From: Octopus sinensis
Taxonomy: Eukaryota
Direction of reading: 5' to 3'
DNA: 64,000 bases
Assembly: GCF_006345805.1 (NCBI RefSeq)
Contig: NC_043008.1
Span: 29,512,001 to 29,576,000, forward strand
Shown here: positions 12,128 to 25,504 of the stretch, piece by piece
How positions within the stretch are numbered: position 1 is the first letter of the stretch
Layout of the letters: each line of letters begins with the position of its first letter
The notes under the pieces: model-generated
Seen by the model: only the letters and a program-made list of their open reading frames with translations
Told to the model about the DNA's origin: nothing
Database searches by the model: none
Program-made: the position numbers and the translations under genes

Positions 12128-15100
12128 ACTCATCTTTCTGTCTGCTGTATGTCACATTTCTTCAGAAATTTAATCTAATATATTTTATAAATAAAAGTAC
12201 ATCAAGATTTTATAACAGCAATATAGTTAATCATGGAGTCATATTTGAAATCCATATGCTGGACAACCCCTTCGAGATGTAAATCTCAACACACTGTAGA
12301 GATATTGACGACACTAACGCATCGGACATAAATTGAAACTCTGGAACTGAAAAATATACACGGGTCATATTCTTTCGCATTGAATGACACCTGAAACAAA
12401 CATAGCACTTAAAAACATAGCTTGTAGAGAAATGCATATTCTGAAGGAATAATAATAGCCTTTGGAAAACGAAAATATGACAAATACCATTTAAACATGC
12501 TAGAAGAACTGTAAAATATGGTTTTGTGTATTATCTAGAATGTGGGTAATGGAAACATTATAGACCATAAGGCTTTGGAATTTCTCACTACAACATTCTA
12601 TACTGAACAATAAAACTCTTCTCTCTACAAAACAATATTATGAGGACAATTGAATATTACCAAATAGCATAATATGACATGCCTAATGTTCGTCACTCGC
12701 CTTTTAATTGGCAATAAAGCTTTCTAGGTACCTGAGTTGGCAATGTGTGTTAGATTGGTAATAAATCGATTATGGTTGGTGAAGAGCAATTCTCAGTGGA
12801 ATTTAGTTTAGAATCTGAAAAGATAAGGCAGAAGAAATAATCCAATATATTAACATAATACTTATGGCTATATATGTGTTTGCGAGCGGATGTATGCATG
12901 TCTATATATATATTTATATTTATATATATCCATACATGTATATGTGTGTATTTATGTATTCCCACATACATATATATATATATATATAAATATATATCTA
13001 TCTATATATATATACATACATATGTATACATATATATGTATATATGTAAATTTATATATGTGTGTGTAGATATATATAAACACACACACACATATATACA
13101 TATATATACATACATATATAGATTTATATATGGGTACTACGTGTCAAGTGATTAGAGATTATAAAGAAGTATGGTTCAATTTTAGATATTAATTTGAATT
13201 TTTTATAACTTTGTACTCTCTGTATAAAACTATTAAGTTAAAAAGAACTTATATGCTTCATACATCTTCATCATCGCGAATTCAAAATATCAATTATATA
13301 TATTTTAAGTCCTTACTGCATGTGTGTACGTTTGTGTGTGGGTGTTTGTCAATTTAATAAAACGATCGAATTATTTGAAAGAAATTCCAAACAAGTCAAG
13401 TGCACTAGGCTACCTGAATAAATCTGTAGCATATATTTATCGATACGGAACGTGCTTAACTGATCAGCTGCAATATTTGGACACGTGCATAATTAGATGA
13501 TATTTAAAAAAAATATATGGTTCGTATCTTCTATCACTAAGCATAAATATCTACAGTAAATCGAAGAGCAAATTTAATATACGAGCATTTCCGAAAAGAA
13601 ATGAATAAAGAAAAATAAATTGGTTTAATCACATCACCAAATATAGAACCTACAGCAAAATAATTCTTCACCTGGCAATTTTCATTCAGATCTGTAATGC
13701 ATAAAAGGAGGACACTTTAGCAAATAACCTTATGTGAAGAGAAACATCACTCATTCGCCATATGAAGATATGTTCTCGCAATCTGTCTTTATATGAAAAA
13801 AAAAATTCTAAAGAATGATCCTGGCTCCCATCTCCATCTGCTAGACGTAACAAGTAAATTACCTCAAATCAAAATGTACTGTTTTATTAAAAATACATTT
13901 TGATACTGTGTGTTTCGTAGTGCCATATTGTAAAAAGAGAGCTTAGAAGGCCCTGCCTTGAATAACTTTGACCATAGGTTTGCTCAATAAACGATGTCCT
14001 GAGATTGAAGAGCAGCTTGTAGTTGATGCAGTGTATTGGCAGTAACTTTATGAAATATTATACAGTATTAGGCAAAACTAATATGTATGCCGTTAGAATA
14101 GTCAGAAAAATCACAAGGAAATTGGTTGGTATTACATTTACATTAAGGTAGATATATTGGCTCAACGTAAGTGCGAGAATGGTTTGGGAACAAATTTACT
14201 GTACAACGATAAATAGAGAGATATTTGATCACCTACATAATATGTAAACAAGTAATATTGATGGAAAATATGGGCATTAAATTGTCAAAGATATCGAACG
14301 AAAATAATTCGAAGGCAATTTTGAAATTTGATAAGATATAGATAAAACTAAAGCATAATATATTTCTTAGAATATAACTAGGTTGTTTAAGGTACTGAGC
14401 GCTATAGCAATAGGAGGGGGAGCGAAAAATCAGTCAGAAATTAGGTCAGCTGTCAACCAAAAGGACTGCTTTAATCTAACAGAAGTACATTTTCACTGCG
14501 GAGAAGATACAGAGCGTTTTAATTCTACATATTCTAAATAATTTGAATACGCTTCCACATTTAGATACTTATCTACATTCTTATATATATATACAAAAGT
14601 ATTTTCGGTATTTCGTCATTCAAGCCTTTAGCGTTACTATTTCTTGAATATTAACAATGGCCTTTCGATTGTTTACTTGTAACTACCTCCTAAGTGTTGA
14701 CAACAAATAAAAAACATATCAGAAAAGAAAAAAACAATACATTCAAACATCACAAACGCTCAATGAATGAACTAATAGTAAACATGGAGTACAAATCTTT
14801 AGTTGATACATGTGAGTATTCGGTCACTCAGTTAGGTGACAAACGGATTCATTACTAGTCTAGAGTGATACATGTTTCAAAAACAGCCAAGATGTAACAA
14901 AATAAAAATATGGTAATGTAAATTTAATGTAGGGGCACAAATAGTAAAGTAATACGTACTTCTAATACACTCTGAGATTTTATGAGCAGTTCATCGAAGT
15001 GAACTCAGGATTCACTATTGGAACGGATCTATAGCTGCAAAAGTATGATCTACGCGCTTTCTAATGTTACCAACTGGACGATATGGAGTGCGTACAAATT

Positions 15101-15171
15101 ATCTGCCCGGATTTTGAAATACTCAATCGTTTGTGTTTATATATATGTATGTGTGTATGTATGTATGTATG

Positions 15172-15202
<31 letters not shown>

Positions 15203-15869
15203 TGTATGTATGTATGTATGTATGTATGTATATATTTATCTATGGATATATATTTATAGTCAATCCAAACAACAAGCAATGAAAAGCCACGCGAGGACGT
15301 GGAATAAGTACTGTGTTATTGGACGCTCGGGAAAGGGAAGACGGTGAAAGAAAATCGCCAACGATACACGCGCAGTCACATATTGAAATGACCGGAAGGG
15401 AATGGTTGAAGAAAAAGTTCTTTCTATGAGAGGAGAGTGCAAGAGGAGGTATGAGTGTGTATGAGTGGGAATGTGCGTGCGGGCAGGTCTGTGTATATAT
15501 GTGTGCGTGTAATGATAGCACGTGTATGTGCGTGTGTGTGTGTGTGGTTGGACTAGGGTCACTTAAGATCGTAGGAAGAATTTATAGTAAGAACTTTGGT
15601 AGGAGTCTGTTGTGTGTTTCCCTGCACATGTGCATAGGAGAATGGTCAGTAGAAAGGTGTTTAAATGGTAGTTTGAAGTATGTTTGTGTGCATGTGTGTG
15701 TGCGTGTGTATGTATGTCTGTATGTGTGTGTGTACGAGGACTTGTGTGGGTAGGTATATGTGGGATTTTTAGAACGTGTATGCGTGTGTCTGTGTGCGTG
15801 TGTGTGTGCGTGTGCGTGCGTGCGTGTGCGTGCGTGCGTGTGTATGCGCTTGTGCTTGTAGTGATACAC

Positions 15870-15909
<40 letters not shown>

Positions 15910-15914
<5 letters not shown>

Positions 15915-17020
15915 TGTACGTTTGTATATACTCACTTCCTGTAACATTATTGTTTTTTTTTACTCTCAACTTTTCTGTCACCATTTATCTGGCACACAAT
16001 TCTACATACACGTTAACGTAACATAGCACTCAAAATAGAAGCGCCTAACCCACTCCAACACAAACACAACTACACACACACACGGAATATTGTTGCCCTT
16101 TACTGACTGAAGAACCTACATAATCTACTGTCTCCAACTTCCAGTCAGTTATTTACTGGCCGTTTAATGACACAGGTGTTTCGTTCCGTACTATCAGCTC
16201 CTTCCTCCTTTTCCTTTTCTTTTGGTATTTTTCATCTCTCCGACAAAGAGCTATGCCAGAAACGTCAATTCGTTACTTAGTTTACCATTTTAAACTTTCA
16301 CTGGATGTCAAATTACTTCTTTCTCTATGTTCATCCAACTGACTTTTCTTGTTATTTTTTTTTTTGGGGGGGTATATTTCATGTGACTATGTATACACAC
16401 ACACATAGGTAAATACATACGTATGTGTATGTGCGTGTATATATATATATATATAATATATATATATATAATGCATGTACGTTTGTATATACTCACTTCC
16501 TGTAACATTATTGTTTTTTTTTACTCTCAACTTTTCTGTCACCATTTATCTGGCACACAATTCTACATACACGTTAACGTAACATAGCACTCAAAATAGA
16601 AGCGCCTAACCCACTCCAACACAAACACAACTACACACACCACGGAATATTGTTGCCCTTTACTGACTGAAGAACCTACATAATCTACTGTCTCCAACTT
16701 CCAGTCAGTTATTTACTGGCCGTTTAATGACACAGGTGTTTCGTTCCGTACTATCAGCTCCTTCCTCCTTTTCCTTTTCTTTTGGTATTTTTCATCTCTC
16801 CGACAAAGAGCTATGCCAGAAACGTCAATTCGTTACTTAGTTTACCATTTTAAACTTTCACTGGATGTCAAATTACTTCTTTCTCTATGTTCATCCAACT
16901 GACTTTTCTTGTTATTTTTTTTTTGGGGGGGTATATTTCATGTGACTATGTATACACACACACATAGGTAAATACATACGTATGTGTATGTGCGTGTATA
17001 TATATATATATATATATATA
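15910..17020. repeat. Tandem duplication, period ~560 bp, bounded by (TA)n
   Basis: atgcatgtacgtttg.. at 15910 and 16471. About 530 bp identical except for ~2 single-base indels. Confidence 0.95.
16150..16300 (+). repeat. More distant hammerhead-like motif copy (duplicate near 16710-16860)
   Basis: ccgacaaagagctatgccagaaacgtc resembles ctgacgaagagc..gctcgaaacgtc but is degenerate. Confidence 0.35.
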
Positions 17021-17338
17021 GAATGTAGTAAAAAGTGAAAAAACTACAGAAGGCTTGTTTTAAAAGGTTAAAAAATATATATTTGAGTCATTACACCGGA
17101 ACAAATCACTTAATACCTCCCCTTACCTGGAACTCCTCTTTACACGTCTTAACGAAATCATAACAATGTTTTGAGAAATTTGAAAAGTTAAACACGAAAC
17201 CGGTAATTTCTTCAAAAACTATGTCACTGTATGAAAAAAATTTATAACACTCTTCTGACATAATGACTCATATATATATTTTTTAACCTTTTAAAACAAG
17301 CCTTCTGTAGTTTTTTCACTTTTTACTATTTTCTATAT
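17017..17338. mobile_element. MITE with ~75-bp TIRs inserted in TA
   Basis: tagtaaaaagtgaaaaaactacagaaggcttgttttaaaaggttaaaaaatatatatttgagtcatta (17026-17093) vs the reverse complement of 17261-17328, 1 mismatch seen. TA-rich flanks. Confidence 0.9.
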
Positions 17339-17373
17339 ATTCAACCACGTTCTTTTACACATCAACTTTCTCG

Positions 17374-17482
<109 letters not shown>

Positions 17483-17517
17483 ATAGAAAGAGAGAGAGGG
17501 AGAGAGACAGACATACA

Positions 17518-17520
17518 GAC

Positions 17521-17584
<64 letters not shown>
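17518..17584 (+). repeat. (AGAT)n microsatellite
   Basis: Direct reading. One of many TA, CA, GATA and TACA tracts not all listed individually. Confidence 0.95.
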
Positions 17585-17586
<2 letters not shown>

Positions 17587-18029
17587 CTTGATACTGATAG
17601 ATACAACCGCGCGCGTGCACAGATATATATAATTTTTGTAACTGTTTTGACATTGTTGCTGCAAAATAGCGCGTTCAAAAACAATTTCATCACACCCAAA
17701 TCACATTCTATCCGTATGTCTTTTCTTTTTCAGTTAATTGATAAAATAATTAAATAATCAATTATTTGAGCATTAACTATCCTTTTGAACCCATCACCCA
17801 TTCTTCTTGCATTCTTTGTATTAGCATGACATTTTCCAAACAGAAGAATTTGATGCATTTTTTTCTTTCTGGTTGTTGATGCATCGGGCATCTAAAAATA
17901 AGATTTTTCAATTGGAATGTTCTCCTGCGTGTATGGTTGGGAGAGTCTATGTATGCTTTGTTAATTGTTTTGAGCTCCGTATGAGTTTCGTTATGTGGTC
18001 ATTCAAACAACTTCACGTACAGCTTAGTT

Positions 18030-18137
18030 TCTCAGCCTTCGGTGCCTGTTACAAAATTACCTTTTGAGGTCTGGTGTCGATGTAATCGACTTAGCTCCTC
18101 CTCGAAAATGCTGACCTTGTGTCCAAACTGGAATCAA
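18030..18137 (+). mobile_element. SINE 3' fragment
   Basis: ggtgtcgatgtaatcgactta..gctgaccttgtgtccaaa. Confidence 0.6.
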
Positions 18138-19189
18138 ACACTTTGTATATCTATATATCTCAGGTCATCCTTCTGCAATATTGTATATACCTGGCTCGAG
18201 ATTCTTCAGCGTTTGTTTAACTCTGCTTGCTTGTAATACAAAAACCTATATCCCCTATCAGTATTATAGAACTACAGATATTTAGACGTTCTGTTTCAAA
18301 AATACAAAGACATTAACTTGTATAGTATTGAATAGTCGAGTCTCTTCAATTTTGTGTTCATCTATGATGCTGTCTACGTAGACGCCTCGAATTGTGAATT
18401 AGTTCGTTGGCAATCAATATATTAACTTTACTGTTTGCCACTCACATCTTCTATGATTCTCTCAATGTGAGAGATGGTTGATTGTTCCACATATATGTGT
18501 CTTACTACCTATCAATCAAGAAAATTGGTAACGTATGTGCGTTTCAATTTCTTTTATGCCTAGATTTCTAATTATCTGTCTATCAAACCACTTGTCTCTC
18601 TAAGTTGTGCAATACTATGTAATTCTTTATATGTGAATGCAGCAACCCATATCTCTCTCACATCCTCACTTTTTATCAATAAACAGAGTTTTGTTCGGTA
18701 ATCATCAGCATATTAATTAATTTTAACATACACCACACACATATTCTTACTTACATATACATATATAACTTCATGTAAATGCACACATATATCTGCGTTT
18801 GTGTGTGTGTGCATGTGTATATGTATGTATTTATCTATCTATATTTAGACAATTCTTTTTTAGAATAAATGAATTACGAAGTTACAAAAAGGAGAATGTA
18901 AATATCAGGTTGAAAAACCCATTTTGTATGGAAAGTTTTGGAGGCTACCAGTCGGACTCGAACTCTCTAATGCCTACATATGCAGTTTCCATTCCCACTG
19001 GCAGTTTCAAACGTCTTTTTTTATCCGTATGGTTTCTGAACGTAAAATTTACATGCTGTTATTTCTATCTAATCCATTATTCCAAAACAGATTTATTTCA
19101 CGTTCCTCGAAAGATTAAAATATTCTTTTGACATCAGTTATATCTCGCTATCTACAATCCTTCTCTCTCTGTCTCTATCTTTCTCCCTT

Positions 19190-19235
<46 letters not shown>

Positions 19236-19584
19236 TATATATATATATATATAAGTGTTAAAATGAATAAGCGCTAAAAATGTATAATATAACCGATAGA
19301 TTATAGAACTGATGTTTTAACATCATTGCATTATCCTCCGTAATGGAAATGAGTTAAGACGAAGTTATATTGGGAAAATGAAAGCTCAGAACATTATATT
19401 TGTAAGAATGAAATCACTTTTACTTTCTACGAATGTTGCCATAATTAATATGCAAATATCAACTTCCATATAATCCTCCCATAAGTGATATATATAAATC
19501 CATATTTTGTTTAATTAAATGAATAATGAATCTTATAGTCAACAAAACTTAAAGTTATATATGTATATATATATATATATATTA

Positions 19585-19676
<92 letters not shown>

Positions 19677-19694
19677 ATGTATATATATATTTTT

Positions 19695-19733
<39 letters not shown>

Positions 19734-19819
19734 CGTGTATGTGTGTGGAGTGTGGGTATGTGCGTGCCTGTGTACGTACATATTTATGGATGAATATATA
19801 TATATATATATATGTGTGT

Positions 19820-19865
<46 letters not shown>

Positions 19866-20880
19866 ATTAAATTCATATTACGATGAAGGTAAACAAAGTT
19901 TTGCTTTATAAGCGTTGAGATGTATTGAAAGTTAAGGAAATAATTTTATTCTCAAATGCAAGATAATGCTAATAATATAGCACGAACAGGATAAACTACC
20001 CATATTTTGCAGAAAAATCTGTCGGCAGCCAGCCATGAGTCTAGAAATCACATCCCTTTCATTACGCATCCAGTGCTTCACTTTTGAGCTAAACTGAGAC
20101 AAGGATGCATACGTCTAGTATGCACTGCACTCATTTGAGTTTTTATTGTATTTGTTCAAGGTTAAGCATAATCTAGAGCACAAATAATCGAAGTATTATC
20201 GAAATATCGCCTTCTCAATGTACTGTAGAAACTCCGCTACCCAGTATATTCGTTTTAATATAAGTCGGTGGGATGTTTTTCGAATGATGATGCTTAGCTG
20301 ATATTAAGAGCTACCGATGCTACATAATCCTTTATTTGTGATTAGTTTCCAATATCTGCTGTTGTACTGTAAGTGTAGAAATAATTATTGTTTGAAGAAA
20401 ATTTGAATATATACTTTTAAACAATTGTATCTTCAAGTATTACGTTATATTCCGTGACACAAATATACAGAATGAGTTCTGTTAATAATAAATTTGAATA
20501 AGCAGCACCAGGAATCGCATCACTGTATATAAACCTGGAAGAATAAGGTTTCTTTTTTAAGAGTGGAAAACCTCTTACAGAACACCAAATGTATGTAAAA
20601 TCCCAGTTTGCGTTAAGAGGGAATAATAGAAAGTGAATAAGTCGTGTTTTTTGTAAGATTTATATTTATTTATCTGTTTAGATAAGCATCTGTTAAGCAA
20701 TTCAAGAATAATGCAAACACACATACATACACATGAGCGCAAACACGCCCACACACACTCACGCACACATATACTGTGTGAATGAGGTCTACTACATTGC
20801 AACAAACAAATATATGAAGTTTTTCTCAAAGCTCTCTCTCTCTCTCTCTCTCTCTGTATATGTATATATATATATATATA

Positions 20881-20954
20881 TGGCCAGTATGGGACTCGAA
20901 TCCACTACATTCGCGTTATTAGCGCGACGCTCTACCCAACTGAGTTAACCGGCC
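20881..20954 (-). tRNA. tRNA-Ile(AAT), probably a pseudogene
   Basis: 74-nt cloverleaf: acceptor GGCCGGT/ACTGGCC, anticodon stem TCGCG/CGCGA with loop CT-AAT-AA, T-loop TTCGAGT, discriminator A. A:C mismatches in the D stem and T stem. No oligo-T terminator (3' flank is (TA)n). Confidence 0.85.
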
Positions 20955-20988
20955 AGGATGCATTATGAAATACTATAATATATATATA

Positions 20989-21832
20989 TAGTCTGATTAA
21001 TAAGTATTCTGACTGTTGCCATAATAACGAATTTAAAGAACAGTTTAGCTGCTTGGTACAGATTGACCTTGGACGCTGTTGTGCACTTAGTTTAGCTCAG
21101 TTCCGCTATTTACAGCAGTGCTTTGAAGGAAGGAGTGTAGGGTGTGATCGTCGCATTGACCATAACAGGGAAAGTTGAGCAGAGAATCTACATCAAATTC
21201 TGCCAAAAGCTTGGCAATACCTATTCAGACGTCTAGACAAAGTTTTCTACACTTTTTTATCGTTCTCGACACAATCAAGATCTTGTGTCATTTTGGACAG
21301 CTGAAAGCAGTTTTGGCACAAACTTGACAGAATCGCATCTCTTACCCAAATCTTCAGAGATAGTGAACTGAGCGGAACTGTAACTAATCTGCTCATCCTC
21401 TGATAACTCAAGGATGACGATTCGACGAATTCCCCTCACAGCTTTACGCATGTCTGAGGTAATTTTTCAGTTCTGCTGGTTGCAGATCTCCCTGAACGTT
21501 TGTCAATATCGACATTATTCTACCATCTTGGAAACGTCTGAACCACTCGTGTGGGTCATATACTCATCTCCATACACTTTCTGCAACTTATCGTTGGCCT
21601 TTGAGCAGGTATCGCCATGAGAACTTCCAGTGTCATGGTCAATGCGCCAATCACATGCTACAACCCTTCCATCTAAGCACTGCTGTAAACAGTTGAACCT
21701 AGTTAAAATGTCGAAACTTAATTCACATGCACAGTAGAGAGCAAGATCAATCTTTCCCAAGCGGCTTCACTCCGCGTGTTTTAGCTTTGTTTGTATGGGA
21801 GCAGTCCGGATAATTATTGATCAGACGTAGTA
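20989..21832. mobile_element. Mariner composite made of two diverged 5' ends in opposite orientation
   Basis: TIRs gtctgattaataagtattctgactgttgccata and (reverse complement) gtctgatcaataattatccggactgctcccata. The left part 20989-21240(+) encodes EQRI.IKFC.KL. The right part 21832-21240(-) encodes WFRRFQDG..KRSGR. The 5' UTRs are similar. Confidence 0.75.
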
Positions 21833-21891
21833 TAAGTATGTATGTGTGTGTGTGCATATAAACACAGACATACACGCATATAAATATGAAT

Positions 21892-22027
<136 letters not shown>

Positions 22028-22049
22028 TATGTATGTGTGTATATATGTG

Positions 22050-22310
22050 TAAAAAAATAGAAACTGGGACAAGAACGCAAAACATTTAGAAGACGATACA
22101 AAAAACACGGACAGGACATTCGAAGCCTTCAATCTTCAGTCAAGAACCGGATCATCCTCGCAATTTCGGCAGATTAATCTTGAGATTGCTCCGACCTGGC
22201 CAGCCCCAAAGGAAAATCTAAGCCAAGCGCATTAGATTCCTTCGAAGAAAGCCTCGAATGTATACAAAACAAGGACGGCAAAACGGACGATGTTACACGA
22301 ATAAGAATAC
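22050..22310 (-). mobile_element. Possible 3' end of a different PLE, with a hammerhead-like remnant
   Basis: Minus frame ends RLSSKESNALGLDFPLGL (resembles the PLE terminal E...P.GLN). It is followed by ctgaaga..gaaggcttc-gaatgtc and ends at a microsatellite. Confidence 0.4.
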
Positions 22311-25293
22311 AAAAATATGTAAGAACAATAATAACACGAATAAGTAACACGAATATATACATATTTATATCTGTATGCATATATGTAAATGTGTGTATGT
22401 ATATGCGTATGTATAACACCAACACCCGCACACCCACATATATATTTCAGCCATATAATTTAGCGTGTTATGAGCAAGGTGCGTTGGTTACTTCCTACCA
22501 TGTAGGTGTGCTGAATTTGATGCGCCATTACTATTCCTTTTGAAAGTTTTCGCCTTTAAGTGTGAGACTGTTGCTAGTTGAAAGTAGCACAGATCTGTAC
22601 CTCAAGATATCACAAACGGTGCTTTAAATATCTCTGCCTGAATGAGTGTTCTATTTATCAACTTCCGAATGATAGAAGTTATTGTATTTGTACACATGAA
22701 TCAGTCTACCGACACAAATAATCCCTAGGGAGGCTTCTAACTATTCTAAAAACTGGTCGACGTTAAGAATCAATTCTGGTATATTTTGTCATAATTACTA
22801 AAGCAACATATCATAGTCCTGTTTACATTAATGTTTAAAACGTTTTTGCGCTCCCTTGTAAAAATACAATTCTAATATAGTTTTATTTGAATTTCATATT
22901 TCAGTTTTACTATTTTATCAAAATTGTAATTGTTATTTAGACATATATTATTTTGGTTACGAACTATGTAGGACGTGTTCTGTCTCTAGGTACATTACGC
23001 TCAGTTGAACATCTGGCATATGTACTTTACTTCAGATTATTTTTATGTCTAGTTGATTATACCTCAGTATGTCTGCTGGTATATCACTTCATGTATAGTA
23101 TCTATAAAAAAGAATTTAAAGCTCTATCATTTCGAAAATTCGCAGCTAGCAAGCAACCATTCATTATCCTAATTTTGCAGTACAGCTGTCTGTTCCAACA
23201 TTTCTTTACAAGATGGCACTTGTAGAATATTTATTAATAGGTGATATGTTTTCAAAGATGTAACCATAAAGTATGTTAGCAAAATATACGCTATTTGAAT
23301 ATGTGTATTTGTCAAATGAAAAAAAGTACCTATTTTCTAGATATCTGAAGTAATTGTCCGGATATAAATTGACATTTTAATATGGTAATATAATTTCACC
23401 ATATTATAATGTCACCTGTAACTTTATGATATTTTAGAATCATATAAGAATTTTGTACAACTGTCATTTGCAACATAACTTACTTTTGCTGCCGATCCAC
23501 TATCGCTGAATGTTTTCGTTGATTTAATCGTCATATACATATATGTATGGGGGTGTAGGGGGAGATAGAGAGAGATAGAGAGAGGGACAGCATAAATGAG
23601 AGCTACAAGAGAGTACAGATAAAACTACAACGAAAACAAAAATTGTGTCGTAGCTGACTCAGTGAATAGCAATATTAGCTCATCATTACGTGGGTAGATA
23701 TATATTAGAAAGGGAGTATGAAAAGCGTACGCATGTGGTTTCACTTTACAGCTGTAATTTATAATTCAAACTCACTTGGAGAGTTGTTAGAGTAAATGTA
23801 TTTTACGTACCTTACATATGTTCCTAAAATATCTGTGCATAAGTTGCATATCTCATTAAGCAAATATTTCCAAATAAAAAGTAACTATTCCGCCTCAGGA
23901 AGAAATAAGGAAAACATTTAACAAAAGTTATTAGTTGTTACTAATTCCATTGTCAAGGTATTAAAGAGTATCAATTATTACGGATGTTCCTTCCTTAATT
24001 CTTTCTCCCTGAAGACGGAATATATGGAAATCATTGTTCAACGAAATGAGCACCATATGCACAGCTATTTCAGAATCTGCTGTAAAATACGTTTTGCATA
24101 TTCACACTTACATCACTACAATTATGTTGGAATTAAAAAGTAGATGCTGTAAAGTGGGACGATATACTTAGCCTGCTTTTATTTCGTTTCTAACATATAT
24201 GTGTGTGCATGAGTTTGTGTATATGTGTTTATGTGTGTGAACGTGTATGTGTATCTGTTTGTGTGTGTGTTTTTTTTTTTTGCATGTATTTACAAGTATA
24301 CCATCGGCGATTACTTTTCCTGTGGAGTTTTCATTTTCCTACGAAATGTTGAATGTGCTCGAAAAGTCGAATTTTCTCCTTTCACCGAACTTCAAGCACA
24401 TACATTTCTAATGCACGTCCGCACATCCTCATGCTGTCCCTTTTTATGCATGTATTTGAATTGACTATATATATACGCGTATACATATATTTGTATGTAT
24501 GCATATGATTAATGAGTGACGCAGAAGATGGCGGTGACGCAGAATATTTACTAATTACTACAGTTGCTTTTATCCATCTGGCATCGATCTCTCACGGGAA
24601 GGATACTCAACGACTGCTTATATACTAGCAAATGCCCTTTCACCCAATGCAGTGGGAATGAACTTGAGTAACCGTTAACCAAATAAGTAATCATAATTTG
24701 CTTTCAGGTATGAATGAATTAAATTTGACTCTAGCCTCTCCATTCTTACAAACACTAACTTGATATTTAATTTACTGTGCGCGAAGGCACGCCTGTGAGT
24801 AAGCTCGTCATTTCGTGGATGTTTTCACGAGCAAGTGTACGTGCGCCATACATTCTAAACGAGGGCGTTATACATCCGTATCTGTTAACGGTTATATTTA
24901 GTACTTCTTACCCTGTGTTGTGTTTTCGTTACTTTTTGCAGCTGTTATTTTATTTATTTATTTATTTATGTTTTTGATCGATCTTATTTAAAATTAAGCA
25001 GTATCATTTCCTTTGCTGCTTTTCTCTACACAAACCGAGAAGATATCCTACGGAACAATCATTATTTTAATGAGATACATCTTGCAATCAGCTGTAGTCA
25101 TATCTAAACTGTCGCATACTTCTAAGCAGTTGTTAAGTACACCATTCGTAAGGCACCAATGCTAGAATTGTAGTGATTAATAAACATTCTCGTGATCTTC
25201 ATCTTCTGTGTCTTTCATTCATCAAATACATAATCTGTGAAGTCTGCGAAAGTGAACCGGAAAGCCATCAAGTGTGTACCATATGATTTATTA

Positions 25294-25348
<55 letters not shown>

Positions 25349-25402
25349 TACATATATATACATATATATATATGCATATATATATATATATGTATATATA
25401 TA

Positions 25403-25460
25403 ACGGGAAGCTTTATGAAAATAAACAAAAGACGAAGGCAGGTGGAAAACAAACGAACAA
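25403..25460 (-). repeat. 58-bp 3'-terminal fragment of the same short family (duplicate at 26243-26299)
   Basis: cgggaagctttatgaaaataaacaaaagacgaaggcaggtggaaaacaaac matches 3577-3630. TA tracts on both sides. Confidence 0.65.
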
Positions 25461-25461
25461 T

Positions 25462-25501
<40 letters not shown>

Positions 25502-25504
<3 letters not shown>

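Noticed and set aside
13655-13685. 20-nt minus-strand exon in the diverged repeat
   Set aside because: Weak donor, and the splice sites are not conserved in the partner copy at 11940.
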